A stretch of 64,000 nucleotides of DNA from Rhodosorus marinus CCMP1338 (taxonomy: Eukaryota > Plantae > Rhodophyta). The stretch lies in NCBI GenBank assembly GCA_029953675.1, contig JAMWBK010000002.1:1488001-1552000 (forward strand), in the 5' to 3' direction. The notes below the pieces were generated by a model. The model worked only from the letters and a program-made list of their open reading frames with translations. It was not told where the DNA came from and did not search any database. A program made the position numbers and the translations under genes. Position 1 is the stretch's first letter, and every line of letters starts with the position of its first letter. Below are positions 1 to 15,330 of the stretch, in pieces.

Positions 1-36
1 CATAGCAAACCCCCGTTTCCAGCAAGATCCAAAGAA

Positions 37-552
37 TTAGATTCCGTGAACCTTGATGTTCTTCTTGCTTGCAAGCTTCTCGTTCACGATGAACTTCCTA
101 ACGTTTTCACGTTGGTCGCCTTGCAGCTGAATAACTCTTCCCAATTCCTGGTCGTCAACTACACAACCGTTGCAGCAGAATTCCTTCTTGAATGCCTTGG
201 TAAGCTTTTCCAGTTTAATCTTCTCGTCCAGTCTACAAAAAGCAACGAACGAACGGAAAAAGTTAGAAAAGAACAACGTTCGCACAGCTCCCCCCAATTC
301 AAAACATATAACATTCAGAAGATCTCGGCACTCAAACACTACACCAGAGTGGCCCTCCCCCCCTCCAATCCCCCCCGCACAAAGAAGGCAAAAGGCTTGG
401 TCCACTTACCCTTGTACGGTGGTCAAAGACTTGCGTCCGTTCCGCTGCTGCAAGCGGATATGCACGAGTCCTTTAGTTAAAACGTCGTCCCCACGCTCAG
501 CCTCCGCAAAAGGGTCATTAGCTCCGGGCAAATTTAATTCAAGATCGTTCAT
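37..552 (-). CDS. SUI1: Translation initiation factor eIF1/SUI1, 2 exons (552-410, 232-37), 112 aa
   Basis: Spliced product MNDLELNLPGANDPFAEAE...VHIRLQQRNGRKSLTTVQG|LDEKIKLEKLTKAFKKEFCCNGCVVDDQELGRVIQLQGDQRENVRKF...IKVHGI carries the SUI1 hallmarks QQRNGRK, KKEFCCNG and IQLQGDQR. GTAAGT...TGTAG intron at 409-233 keeps the frame. Confidence 0.97.
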
Positions 553-2799
553 GAAGTTCTCAAAGGGCCGCTCTCTACTCGACTCCAAAAATACGTTTCT
601 CAACTCTCCCTCAGCACGCAGCAAAAAAATCCCAAACTCTCCCCCACAAACTAAAGCAAATCGGAAAAACTTGTAATACGCAAAGTTCTCACACGTTACA
701 CCTTCCTCGTCTCTCTCAAACGGCTCCGCGAAGTACTATCCACTTCGCCCGCGCTTTTATACGCATTCAGGCGTCATCACGTCATCAAGGACATATAACG
801 CTGTTTTCATGAATTTCGACACATGAGCTCACCCCTCCAAAAACAATGAATAAATAAATTAAGGAGGAAACCAGGCCTTCCCTACTTGTCCAAGAATAAT
901 CAACCCCTTAGACTAAACAGAAAAAAAAAATACTGAGATAAGAAGAACTTCGAACAAGAAGCAACCCCTGTAGAACATTCTGAGATGATGGATTCTGGTG
1001 ACAAAATTCTTCTTCAGGAATTTGATTCGGTGTTGTTTACCCCTAATCTACTCTTAACAATTCTTGTCGTCGAATTGTTTGAAAGGGGTCTGATGCAATC
1101 ATGGCCCATCGAGAACATTCCAAAGCTTGCTTACCCAGGGGATCGATCGATACCGGTGGTGTCTCATATTTCTTTTTTAGTGTAATAAAAAAGCTCGTAT
1201 GCGCATTGGATAGTTAATTGAATAGGGGTAAGAAAGTTCCACGAGAAAAACCTTGCCTAGCGCCTAGTGGGTAAGAGGGGTTTTGTGCATTTATGGTTTA
1301 TCAGGAGGCCTTTCTCGCGTTGAGTTCAGAGTGGGTCTCCTTTATTTTGATCATTCTATTTCTATTTTTTGGAGTTCACAACTTATTTGAATATTATCGA
1401 AGAATAATAGACAACTCCGTACACGAGGTGTTCTTCATTAACGATTTGGATGCCTAAAACTGTTCACACAAAGTTCAGAAAAACGTTAAAGGACTCCTAT
1501 CTAGGTGCGGGGTCCCGCTAAAACCCTATATGTAGTTGCAGAATAGTGTGCGTAGTACATGTACTATTGTACCAGATGTTTTCCAACCGAAGGTAGACGC
1601 ACACTAGGGACAATCGAACTTGCCAAATTTCTCCAAGCACGTAACGAATGGAAATCTACAGCTCTGCAGAAAGTTTTCCAATAGGTTAGGTTAATGAGCA
1701 AGACGAAATCGGACTCCGAATCGAAACTTGATCTTTGAAGGCCTTTTTTTAGAGTCTTCCTCGAAGCAAATCGACGGCTTTTAGCTTTACAACGCCGGTA
1801 CCACAATGGATATGTTCTAAATTTGAGCCTTTTTTGCAAATTTCTCCCCGCGATTCTGTCCGTCCGGGCTGTCCCCATGAACAGACCAGACCCCAGTGCC
1901 AAACACAAACATCCCCACTCGTTTCCAAAACGTATGGCTTAGGTTGCTGGATACTCGTTTCTCACTCTATCCGAAATGCTCAACGACTCGATATGCACGA
2001 TATGCACATGTGGTGCCTCAGTAAACACTAGAGGTGTCCGCAGTCACAGAGGACAGTACAGTCAGGGTAGGGTCGGTAAGCTCGCGCTTGTAGAATTCTT
2101 GTAGAACTTTCCGAGAACTTCATCAACTGATCAATAGACCTCAAACAAAACAAAACAAAAGAGCAAACGAGAGGTAATACGACAAATTTACTAGATACAA
2201 ACAAAGTTACCGTTTACGGTAGAGTTATCTTCGTAGTCGGTATATTGCCAATCCAGGTCTCCAGATTTGAACCTCGAGAACACAAAAAAATCTAAAGAAG
2301 GCCAAATATAGTTTTTATGAAAATATTTAGGCCATATATATTCTTATTTTGCTAAATATTTCTATTTAGGAGCTGAAGTGTTGCTGCATTGATAAATTAG
2401 TTCCAGTGTCAGTTCACATCGGACGTGGAGGGGCTTAAGTATAGAGATATGGGTGACGGAAAAGGAGATTGAATACGTATAATAATTTCTGAATTCACGT
2501 AACGTGCAGTCAATTTGTTTTTTCAGTATCTACTACATGATGACACCTGAGGTGGCTTTTGGCGAAGCTTTAGAGCAAGTTGTTGAAGGGCTGGGCGATA
2601 GCTAGTGCCCACTTTTGGACTAACAGGTTGGGGGTCCGTTGAGGATGTTACTTGGAGGATAACTGAAGACGATAGCATCTTGAAAAAGTACTTACATCGC
2701 GTTGTAATTGGAGAAGGAGTGTGTGAAGCAGTTTTCTTCTTTTTTTTGGGGGGGGGGGGCGCTGCGCACAATCTTAGAGTGGGTTGGGGATGTACTTGG

Positions 2800-3560
2800 A
2801 AGGTGGGTGAAACATGTCTTTGCTTTCACCGTTGTCTTCGGCTTGCTGAGCCAGAATTCGGAGAAGACTATTAAGGACAAGCTGTTGGACTCTGAGGTGG
2901 TTAATCTGCTGCTTGAGAGGCCTTGCTGCCGTTCCATGGACGTGGATTTATCGATTGCGCAATTCTGCAGGAATTGCAACAACGACGATTCTAGAACATT
3001 TACGCACCTCAAAGAAATTTACTCGAGACCCAAGGACGGAACAACCAGGACGAAACTGGGGCGCTTGCTGCTGAACATTTCAAGAGTCGGTTCCCACTAG
3101 TTTTGGCACAGCAGGACTGGATGGCGGAGGCAGCTCGAAGTGATATTGAGCCTGGTCGACTCACCCTTTACGTGCTCAACCTTCAATTCACGTAGGGGTT
3201 AAGGCTGGGCGAAAGCCTTTGGCACTAACACAATATCCGATGGGTGAAACCGTAGGTTTCGTCCTTTGCCAGAGTGTTCAAGAGGTTGACGTGCTCCGAC
3301 ATGAAATCCTACTATCTGCCTTTCACTTTTCAGTCGGGACACCTCCGGAAGAGCGCCGTTCTGTCCAGTCGATATGCACTATCCAGACGTGCGTTTGAGC
3401 ACATACGAACTTGCTTACAAGAACGTTGTCAGGGCGCACCTGGAGAAGCACGAGGAATATCCTTTTTTGGCAGGTGTATGAGTCAAAACTGCACACCAAT
3501 AGTGGCTTCCGTACTGTCCTATCATGTACAACGCTAACATCAGAAAAATGTGTTTCCGAT
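2800..3560 (+). mobile_element. Possible highly decayed Ty3/Gypsy integrase relic
   Basis: SMDVDLSIAQFCRNC resembles the end of the integrase zinc finger. About 540 nt later, *WLPYCPIMYNANIRK resembles W-x-x-LP-x-x-x-x-AYN. Many stops; weak similarity only. Confidence 0.3.
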
Positions 3561-4631
3561 CCTCAGATTGCACACGGTCTTCGTTACCGTTGGATAAAGA
3601 GAAAGCTCATGCTCGTGTCCGAGTAGATCAGCGGATAGATGTGAGGGCATCGCTCGAACTAGGAGAGAGTTGGATCAGTTGGGACTCGAAGAAGCGCCGC
3701 CGAAGCTTGCCAAGCGCGAGCCCCGAGTGGAGCTCTTTGCGAGGTGGCGACGGTCCCGGTAAGGAGTCGGTCTGCGGACGATATCGTGAAACGATGTATC
3801 TGACCGGGATAATTCGAATATCTTGAATCCAGGTCGCAAGTAATGAATCGCTGCTCATCTTATAGAATAACCACAAGCCGATTTTGCGGAGGCGCTTGGG
3901 CTACCTGGAAAAGAGGCGCACGCCCGTCGGCGCGATCGGGGAAGTCTTTCTGGATGTGTGGTTTACAGCACGTCGAGCGCACGGCTGCAGAGGTACCATC
4001 CACTGGTCCTAGGGGTATTATGGGCCTCTTTACACGTTCGCCAACGCCCGAAACTTTGGTTGATTTTCCTTGGATTGGTAGGAGATAGCCAAAGGACAAG
4101 CTCCGCTCCCGTACAATGAACAGAAAGCGGTCGCAGATGCAGAGCAAGTGGTCGAGAAGCGCCCCGCTTGTCTCGAGGGTTCTACGGATTTCCCGCGCTG
4201 ATGCTCAGTCCGTTTGCTGGCACGTTTCTACGCAGTTTTTGCAGCCGGCTGAAGCTCGCTTGCAGTGATCGTCTACAACCCTATTGACCGTTTGTTACTC
4301 GGTGCGAGGACTTGTACATGCCGTGAACAGATTCCAGGACTCCGGTCTACACTTGGGTTTCTCCACGATTTTCTCGTACAGTTTCTATGTAATTGTCTCT
4401 CGGAACATCAAGGTGGCAAGCGACTTCGCCGTTGTCCCTCATGGGCTGAAATGTTCTGAAAATATATTCGAAGCTACGAGCTTCGAAGATATTCGCTGAA
4501 TGCGGGCGCGTCGGAACAACCAGTTGTGAAAAAAATACAGCAGGGTCCTTGGAGCAACCAACAGACGTAATGCTCAGGCTCTTGGTTTACAACCGGAAAG
4601 GTCCCACATCGCACCTCCCTGCAGGAATTAG

Positions 4632-6597
<1,966 letters not shown>

Positions 6598-8589
6598 CTA
6601 GTAAAAATATGCAAACCTTTCAACTCCACTGCCCTTCACTCACACTCCAGCCCAGACCATTGCCACTCCAGTCCCACGGCAAGCAAACGTATCCCACTTT
6701 CGAAATGGGACGCGAATTGCCTGTGGAATCCGGATTTGCTTGATGGAGGCTCTGTTGGGTATCGGGCGGATACTCTACATAGCTCCCTATGGAATAGCTA
6801 TGGAAGGGGACAGACTATCCCTGGAACTTGGCGTCCTTAGATTCTGTGTGCAGTGGGACATGAAGTATTTCTGTTCAGGGCTAGAGCTCTGGAAGTGGAC
6901 CCGGCACCTTCCTACTTGGCTAGAGTACCTTGATATCATTTTTGGGTGGTTTTGGAGGGTCCAGGTTCTGGAAGGGACGGAGGGAACTTGGGTGTGGATC
7001 AACGCTCTGGATTTGAAGCGTTTTGAGGAAGGTTGGGGGACAGAGAGTGGAGTACTGTATGTTTGATTCTTTGTGCTTCTGACCATGAGCCATGGTCTTC
7101 CGACTTGGAGCTCCAGAAGCGCGGAGCTTGTTAGATTTTGGGGTTTGTTCTGGATTGCACCCTATCTTGTGGACTTGTGCCACATTACTTCGGCCAGACT
7201 TCCCTGGTCACACGCTTGCGTGTGCTTGACATGTATATGGAGGGCCAGTGTCCGGTAAGAAACAATCAACCATTAACGCATCAGCGTAATCTTTATGGAC
7301 CACAGCGGTTCTTTTATTTTGTTTTTAAATAGAAATCCCCATCACTTCTCCCTAAATTGAGAGTCGACCAAAACCTGAAATGACCGGATTTGGATTCCGT
7401 TTGGGGCTTTTCATTGTGCAAATAGTACATGAGTCTAGCTTACGAACGTGATATTGTTTATGGTAATGCTCCCTATTATTTTCTACATTTTCTCAATGAT
7501 TTAGACAAATCGGTTGGTTATTTTTTAGAAGTAGGCTCTGGAGGATTCTAAGTAGAGAAAAATTGCCTAGATGGGAGATTAGTAATTAATAGTAAAATAG
7601 ATATAGTTCTTTGAATATTCCCTCTTCAGAGGTTGGAACGAACTTTGTGGTTGGCAGTGTGGCGTCGTCTCAAGTTTTTAGTGCTCAACAGCTTTTTTTA
7701 ATACTGTTTTGTTTGGTCAAGCATGAATGAGTGGATAAATTAGATTGCTGCCTTTTTTGTGGTCGGAGTGAGTTTCCGTGTTTTCTTCCAGTGTTTTTCC
7801 TATTTCTTGGGCTGGAAAGGGTGGCGGCTATTGACAGTGGGTTTTTGGGAGTGGACTGATCCTGATTCTATATATCACATTAGCAATGCTTGTATTTAAT
7901 TAATTTTTTTAGAACAGCTAATCAACTCCGATTCCGACCGCGTTTTTCCCTGCAACCGTTGCCGAAATGTGAATTCAACAATGGTCCGGACGATACTGCT
8001 GAGTGCTGAGTGTGGTCGTTAAAGTCTACCGACTTCTGGGACACAGAGCAAGCCAACTGCTTCTGAGACACGGACTTTTGGTGGGGGAAACTTGATTCCA
8101 TTGTACTTGTCACTGTCTTCGTATTCGTTGGTGAGAGTTATGTCCTGCTCTGTATTTCCTTTTGACTACCCTTCTCAACCCGCACGCTGCCAGAGGCTAT
8201 CGGAGTTGCCAGGATATCGTTACGACGACGACTAGCTCTCAAGACATCGGTGGTCAAACTGTAGGCATACGCCCTGCCGCGGACAGCGCCTTTGCCTACG
8301 CGACGTGGTGGTGGATGCATATGTGGATGCATAGTCCATCCTCTTAGAGAGAGAAATTCAGTGCGAATTAGTAACTTTTATTTAGTTCTTCATTTCATAC
8401 TCTCTGTTGAACTCCAGTCCAAGTTAGCATAGTAGTTGGCGCCCAAGCTTCGTTGGCTACTCTTCTTTCCATACATAATCAAACCGCCATACAAATTGAC
8501 CGTGGGGGGCACATCACTTATCCAACTACGAGTCCCATTTGTCACGAGCGGAAATCCCATAATACACTACCCGCTCTATAAATATTAAG

Positions 8590-9055
8590 TTAGACAACGA
8601 TCACCACAGGCTGCACATCAGCTATCTCAGATGAGCAGCACACCGGACATGTTGGACTCTTTGCCTTGATCTTCCAAGCTTCAGAACATACATAGTGAAA
8701 CTCGTGGTCACACGGGAGCCTCGAAACTTTCTGCGCAGGCTCGATGCCCTCCATACACAGGTGACACAGCCTTTCTTCCATCATCTGCTCTTCATCAACT
8801 AGAATGGGACGAACAAGAAAGTCAGGTGACCGAAAACTAACGCTGGACGAGCAAGAGACATTGACGCTAATGCTTACCATAATAATTCGCAAACGCTTCC
8901 TCGAGACAGCTCTCAAGGGTCATCAACGGATCAGGTTCAATAATCGCCTCGTACTTATCACTCATATTCTCATACGTCGTGGTTCTTGCCTTTATCCAGT
9001 ACTTGCGAGCAAACCCCGCGAGCATGCAAAACAAAGCAATCGATACAAATATCAT
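8590..9055 (-). CDS. TM + RING-H2 E3 ubiquitin ligase (ATL-like), copy 1; exons 9055-8878 and 8798-8590, 128 aa
   Basis: N-terminal hydrophobic helix MIFVSIALFCMLAGF followed by RKYWIK. GTAAGC...TTCTAG phase-1 intron. RING CHLC...CDHEFHYVC...CPVC fits the C3H2C3 pattern. Confidence 0.85.
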
Positions 9056-11132
9056 CTTTCCTCGCCACCCGGCCCAAAAATTCGAAATCCCCGCTCTATA
9101 CCCGCCTCGCTCCCCTTCAACCCGAACAAAGGTCAGTATAAATAAATTGCTCCACGACTTATATGACAATACTAACGTTGACAGCTATGTATGTATCCAC
9201 AACCTTGACGCAAGGTCTTTATATTTCCGTTCCTTCCGGAAACGTCTCCACCATCATTGGCCAGTCTCATTTTGTTTCTGTTTTTAGTAATATTCATCTT
9301 TCAGAACTTTTATCCTATGTCATTCACGATCAGGACTACCATTCGCCAGCCGCGGACTGTAATTCGAACTGCAGGTGGCGACCCGACCCGTTCCTTGTAC
9401 TGAAACCAATACGACATGTTTCTTTCCCTCTTCCTCCCCCTTTCGAGAAGGGACTTTATCAGTCAGTTTTTACATAGGGGTGTGTGATCAAAGATGTCAA
9501 AAAAACAGCATAGATATTTTCGTCAAATATATTCATAGTCTTCAATATCTTGCCCCGTACTTGTGTACAAAGCATCTTAGGGGTAGTTAAATTCGTTCAT
9601 GAGTACGTTTCTCTCTGTGCAAAAGTAGAACCCCCGGCCAAGCAGACACTGTAAAATCACGAAATATATATTTGGTAATTTCTAGGAGGTGGTATCTGTT
9701 TGAAGAAGGGATCAGCCACTTGTTTCTTGAAAAAAGATTATTTGTTGTGTAAGGTAGTCCGGGCTGAGCAAACACGAAAACTCCTTGAAAATTTACTCCG
9801 CCTGTAGGTCTCGTCCTACCCCCCAAGCCGCTTTGATGTGACTATCCAGTGGAAAAGGCCCAAAAATTCATTCAAAACATTTTTCTATCTAATTACAATA
9901 TACTAATAGCACGTGCTATTTGTCTATTGGTGTATGATTTCAACTCTTTGATTCTGAGGGGTTGGAACCCAAGCCTCCTCAGGTTCTAGGTTGCCCTATG
10001 CCTTTTTTAGCCGTGGGGCCGCCGAGATTATATTTTTTATTCTTAAAGTCATTTTCTAGTAGTCATCTTTTCGAGTCTGCGTAGAAAAAGGAATTTATTT
10101 TCTGAAAAATATTTGAGAACGATTTCGACCCTGCCCCAAAAACAAAGAAATAGTCCCCAGCGCCAAAATTTCTCAACGAAATATTGAATGGAAGCCACTA
10201 TAATGCTAAAACACGGACTTAAAATGAACACAACCAGAATCCACAATATGCGATTTAATTCTCTGAATCTCGATCCCATTTTATTCAGTTTGGTCTCAGG
10301 AGGACGGTAGTAGAGGAGGGGTAGATACGGCTTTCACCTTGCATAAACATTTCTACTGGTGTTTGATCGAGAATCCTGTAAATAAATGATAGAATCGATA
10401 ATGGCTTTTGCCACCGTAGGTTGCGCCATGCAAGATTGGTACTTATGTCTTGCGTTTAATATTTGGACGTATCCTTTTGGTTTTTTCAATTGAGATGGAG
10501 TCCCATGGGTTTCTACACGTGATTGGTTCGTAGGATGTCTAAATGTTTTTAATTTCTCTTCGGTGTTTTTACATTCGAGGAGAGTGAAAGAGATGTCCAA
10601 TGAGATGCCGCACGAAAAGAGAGATGCAAGGGGGAGTTCGTGAATGCTGTTTAGAAAGACTCGGGGAATTATATACCCGAGAATATAATATAGAGGGCAG
10701 ATTGTAGTTTTTGAAACCGTTTTACAGACTTTTACACACCAGAATCCGCTGAGCTCCAGCAACCCTTCTCGGTTCTAGTTGCCCGCGTAACTACCTTTCT
10801 TGTAGATCGGCAATATGTTGATTGCTGTTATACTTGCGTCTATGGGTCGTATATATCCCTAATGGAACCTCAGGGATGACGTTGACGTTTTCAAGTCTCC
10901 TTAAAAGCTAGCGTCATTTCCTTCTGGCTTGACACATGAAGTACTTCCCTCTACCGTATCCTAGTGCTCAATCCGGCCTTCGCTGAGCCAACCTTACTCA
11001 ACCCCTCCTTCGGGATAGCAACCGCCAGTCTGATCGCCTTTGGCTGCATGAATCGGAGGACAACTGGGAGGGACACAACTCATTGAAGAGGAAAGGGAAC
11101 CACAATGCCAGGTATGTAGGACTTGAGTCCGC

Positions 11133-11353
11133 ACCTGGCCGGGTGGATTAGTGTGGTGAGTTTTTATTGGTTATTGACCAGCTCGGTTTAATAGACGTTT
11201 AATAGGTGACTTCTGCTATACTCTGACCTGGCCGGGTGGATTTGGTGTTCAACTGCGGCTACACAGGTTTTCTAGATCAAAAATACGGTTGGAATTTTTT
11301 ATTGGTTATTATTGACCAGCTCAGTTTAATATACCTTTAATAGGCTGACTTCT
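11133..11353. repeat. Imperfect local duplication
   Basis: ACCTGGCCGGGTGGATT at 11133 and 11226. TTTTATTGGTTATT(ATT)GACCAGCTC.GTTTAATA...TTAATAGG(C)TGACTTCT at about 11161 and 11296. Confidence 0.85.
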
Positions 11354-13082
11354 TTTCTCTTCTGTTCCATATTTTTGAGACGAAAACCTTTTTAAGGGTG
11401 TTTCCTTTATCGCTCGCTACCTACCGCTCGATAATTAGGGGTCTCCTTGGCCTATCTTGTTTTTTTTTTCGCTTTTCTTGCAAATCCTTAGCGCCACAGT
11501 CGGTACCTAAGGTAAACGATCTATCACTTCTCCAGGGCTAAGTGCAGAACTGGACACTATAGGAACGATCCCGGACTAGCACAACCTGCTGATTGAACAT
11601 GAAGGGAAATTCCTCAACCTTTCAATTAGGGTTGGGATCTTTGCAGGGTCTCGTCTCCACGCGCTCCGTTTCTACGGTAGTGCGATGGCGATGGTTGCCG
11701 TCTACTAACGCTCGTGGTGAGGGGGATTTCTGCTCCACACAGAAGAATAATCAACTGCGTTGAGCAACTTCTCCCTTGAAGGAGTGATGTGAGCCGTGTA
11801 AGGATCTGAAGAAGTCATCGGCAGGTGCACGTGGTCAAGCCGAGGAGATTAGAAGTAGAAGGCCAGAGTTGGCATTTGTGTAGATTTGTCATTCAAACGT
11901 GGGACTTCAAAATTGATGCCTCAGATGACCTCGTTTCGCGCCAGGCACAAGAATGAAGTATTGCAAGCGAAATCAGCACTGTGCTCTTCAGGAGCTTTGC
12001 TTTCTTCAAGCGTTTCGACTCGCAGCTCCCCCAATCCCGTTCGCTCCCAATTTAACTGTGTAGAGTATCGTGCAAATGTCCATGCCGCGATGCTAAACCA
12101 GTACAGATGGTTCTCGATGATTGAAAAAAGTTCCTGAAGAACTCGATGGGCACAAATCCTTCAGAATCTAGAATTCGATGGATGCTAAGGTCAAGAGAGG
12201 CGCAATATTTTGTTCGTAGGGGGAGCACCTCCTGCGCTTCCTCTCAATCGTTGCTTCTGGAGTTTTCAGGTTAATGGTCATGGAAAGGCTGCTTTCTGTA
12301 AATACGGGTAGAGATCGTCTTTCGAGCAGGCCTGCAGTCGCCGGCCTGAACGCATGTCTCGGTCCCGTTTGTGGTTTCACGAGGGCGTGGCGGACAAGCC
12401 CTCTCCTGGACCCGCAGTCAGCGCTTTTGACCTCCGCGCCTGCTTAGCACCTCTGAACTCCCGGAGAAGTATTCCCTTCTAAGTATGGACACGGGAAAAC
12501 CCGGAGCAACCCTTTCAGGCTCTTTCCCGGCGTAAGGCATCGCACATCCTTCAACCGAATCCCTAGGCAGCCGGTTCTCATTGCCCCGAGCAATGCAAAT
12601 TGATGACGAGCGCCCGCTCCCTTCATTGGAACGGGTTGCTTACCAGATTTCACCCCCCACCACCAGATTTGATCTACATGAGCCGAATCGATGGAATCTT
12701 GGCGATGGATGAGCCCGTTCGTACCCTCGCAAGGTGCAAGCCATCAGGCAACGTACTGCTCGCGGAAATCCAGGTGGTAGCGTTAGGATCAGATTCGACC
12801 AATCGATTCTTCTCGTCCCTTTTCCAGTGACGACAAGAAGTGCTCAGTTGCACGCTCATCGATAAAGTTCCCTTTGGTAGATGATGGTGGACAGAAGGTG
12901 CGGCGGATTCGAAAGCTCTTCTCTTTTTTCCCATCCTCGAAAGTATCACTACGTCTATAAATATACTTACTATTCTAGTAGTTTGGTACACTTCTATACT
13001 TCTATGCTTTGAGAACTTCACAACACCATCGTAGTCCACCTATGTACGCATCTCCCGATGCCAAATTAACAAAATAGACTTT

Positions 13083-13644
13083 TCAAGGCTCTTCCATTCC
13101 ACGAAGTTTCGGAGCCTCCGCTTCCACGTCAGGATAGAAAGGTTTTCTGCATATTGGGCATGTATCTGCTCTGGAGGCCCAGCTCCTCGCACAGGCGGTA
13201 TGGAACTCATGTCCACAATCTAGCCGCGTGAAAAGCGTGCCAGGCTTTGCATCCTCCAAGCAGACTGCACACTGCTCTACATCATCTATTTCGCAAAGAA
13301 ACGAGCAACGAAAAAACCAAGCGGTTAGCGGTGCATCCATCACGGCCTATGTTCAACAACGCCAATAATCTCAGAGGACAGCAAGCTCAAGCGGGAGCAC
13401 TCGAACGAATCAACTTACCTAGCTCAATCTCTAACCCAATCGGCTTCGCGGCTACCTCCCCTAGATACGCAGTTTCTGGCTGGCTTTCGGAGCCAATATC
13501 TTCAGTTCGCAGACTTCGGATATCTCGAGGAAGGACACGAGCACGTCTTCTTCTGCGATATGTCCTTAGCGCAGGCCAAACAAAGCAAAAGAACACCACC
13601 ACTGCCACCACTAACACATATCGCCAGATCACAAAACCAACCAT
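13083..13644 (-). CDS. TM + RING-H2 E3 ubiquitin ligase, copy 2; exons 13644-13419 and 13285-13083, 142 aa
   Basis: MVGFVIWRYVLVVAVVVFFCFVWPAL (TM), then RRRRRAR. GTAAGT...AATAG phase-1 intron. CAVCLED...CGHEFHTAC...W...CPICR is a canonical RING-H2. Confidence 0.9.
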
Positions 13645-15009
13645 ATCTCCTCACACCCAAAAGGTCAAGCACCCTCCCTACGCGCACAACCCGGCCCCCC
13701 AAACCCAAACCCCCCCTCTCCGGAATCCCTGGCTCCTTATACGCAACAAAACAACTAGTGACTCTTACAACCCAAAAAGTACCTAAAGGCAGCGCTCAGC
13801 ACGAATTGCAAAAAAAATCACAAAGACGCTTCCACCACACAAACCAAACTCCTTATACTCCTCAACCGTCAGGCTCCTCCTGTTTCGTACAACAATTGAC
13901 ACGATAAGGTCCCTTCCTCACCGTGCGCTCTGAGCACACTCAACCTCCGCTCCCCCCCCCCCTTCTCCCCGCATAACTCCTAAGAGATACTTGTCAGCTT
14001 TTCAACATGCTGATTTTTCGCTCCCTGAAGTCAATCCCTCCCCCTCCCGCGGCCCCACGTCCATGTTGAAAGTTTTTCCCCCCATTATGACATGACCAAA
14101 TGTTCTAAGATTTCCGAACCATCCCCCGGGATCCAACGAAACTAACGCGTCATAATAATTTTTAACAAATTAATGAAAAAGTTCCTTGATCATTTGTTTA
14201 CATTTCGGTTACCCCTTTGGATATGTACTTTTTTTCCTGCTCTCGTCGGACTCATCGATACCCCTACGACTCAATAAGTAGTCAGGGATCTAGAAATGTC
14301 TTAGTCTTTCAGTCTTTCAAGTGCCATATGACGTCCAGCTGAGCCGGACTTTAAAACTTATTTAAAAAACGAGGGAGATTAGGACACGGATTGACCCCTT
14401 CCTTTTTGCTTTTTTGTTCGTGCATCTGTATTCCCTATATTAGTATCGTATTTTTGCGTCCTTCCTCCTATTCTGTTTGATATTTCCTGACAGTCATCGT
14501 ATGGGGCAAAATCTTCTTTGTCCATCTAACCTCTGCCCATTGGTTGTAAGTTAGTCAAGAAAAATTTATGGAATCTATCTAGAATCAAGTACAGAATTCA
14601 AGAAAATTTAATTGACAAGAGCGAGCCGCATGAGAGAAAAATTGAGTTTTCGACAGACCAAGAGGGACAAGAGAAAGCGCGCGTCTCGATTGTTATTTCC
14701 TACTTTTCTGTACTGAGCTGAGTCGCACCAGTGAACAAAAATCGTGCTAAAATCCTATTTTCCTCCAGCGAAAGTAATAAATATGAACTGTACATCTCTC
14801 GCGAAATATCCTATCTCTCCCGCGTTGTGGTTGGCTGGGTGGGGTGGGACTGAGTGCTCTAAATGAATGTTTTTTATCTCACTTGTTTTAGTGACTGACG
14901 CTGCTAGATACCGTTTTTTTCTTACGAGTAAGGTTTTACGTGTAGATCGTGCGAGATTCTAGATTCCGGTAGGATCCAGTTCGAACTGGAGCCCACGCTG
15001 CACTGTTGA

Positions 15010-15330
15010 ATCATAGAGGCGACGATGTGCCCACGATTTGGGATTGGGTTATTGGCGGCGAACTGCGAAGGCCGGCCAGGAGGATCGGCTTTTCACAATC
15101 ACCTCGGCGGAAAGGAAATTTCCAACGTCCGTTGTGAGCGTATAATACGACTTTCGTTTGCTCTCAGTTAGCCTTTTGGTTGTTCGTTCAACTACATTCG
15201 GAAGACTTATTTACCAAACTAGCTCCGGGGAAAGATATCTTCAAGCTTTTGATTTGGAATTGCCATGGCGATGCGGGGGTGGGATGCAAACACCAACACT
15301 AGCGTCGCTGACGCAGCGTTTATCCGCACT
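15010..15330 (+). mobile_element. Decayed Ty3/Gypsy RNase H relic
   Basis: Across frameshifts: IIEATMCPRFGIGLLAANCEGRPGGSAF (cf. TDASxxGIGAVL...GRPxAF), TSAERKFPTS (cf. AERNY), RYLQAFDLELPWRCG (cf. LQxFDFEIxYRPG) and NTSVADAAF (cf. NxVADALSR), in the correct order. Confidence 0.55.

Noticed and set aside
2740-2759. T8-G12 homopolymer junction joining two ORFs
   Set aside because: Simple low-complexity tract in decayed sequence; no evidence for programmed frameshifting.
6740-7066. 108-codon Trp-rich ORF divergent from MDAR
   Set aside because: No recognisable motif, starts at a TTG, and its composition is explained by G-rich upstream sequence.
12168-13039. Chain of minus-strand ORFs including VRCLTPGKSLKGLLRVFP, faintly like motif X of C5 DNA methyltransferases
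   Set aside because: No motif I (FxGxG), IV (PC) or VI (ENV) found in any frame; probably chance or an unidentifiable relic.
14975-14990. Perfect 16-bp palindrome TCCAGTTCGAACTGGA with a GTTCGAA T-loop-like core
   Set aside because: About one such palindrome is expected by chance in 64 kb, and no tRNA cloverleaf or A-box surrounds it.
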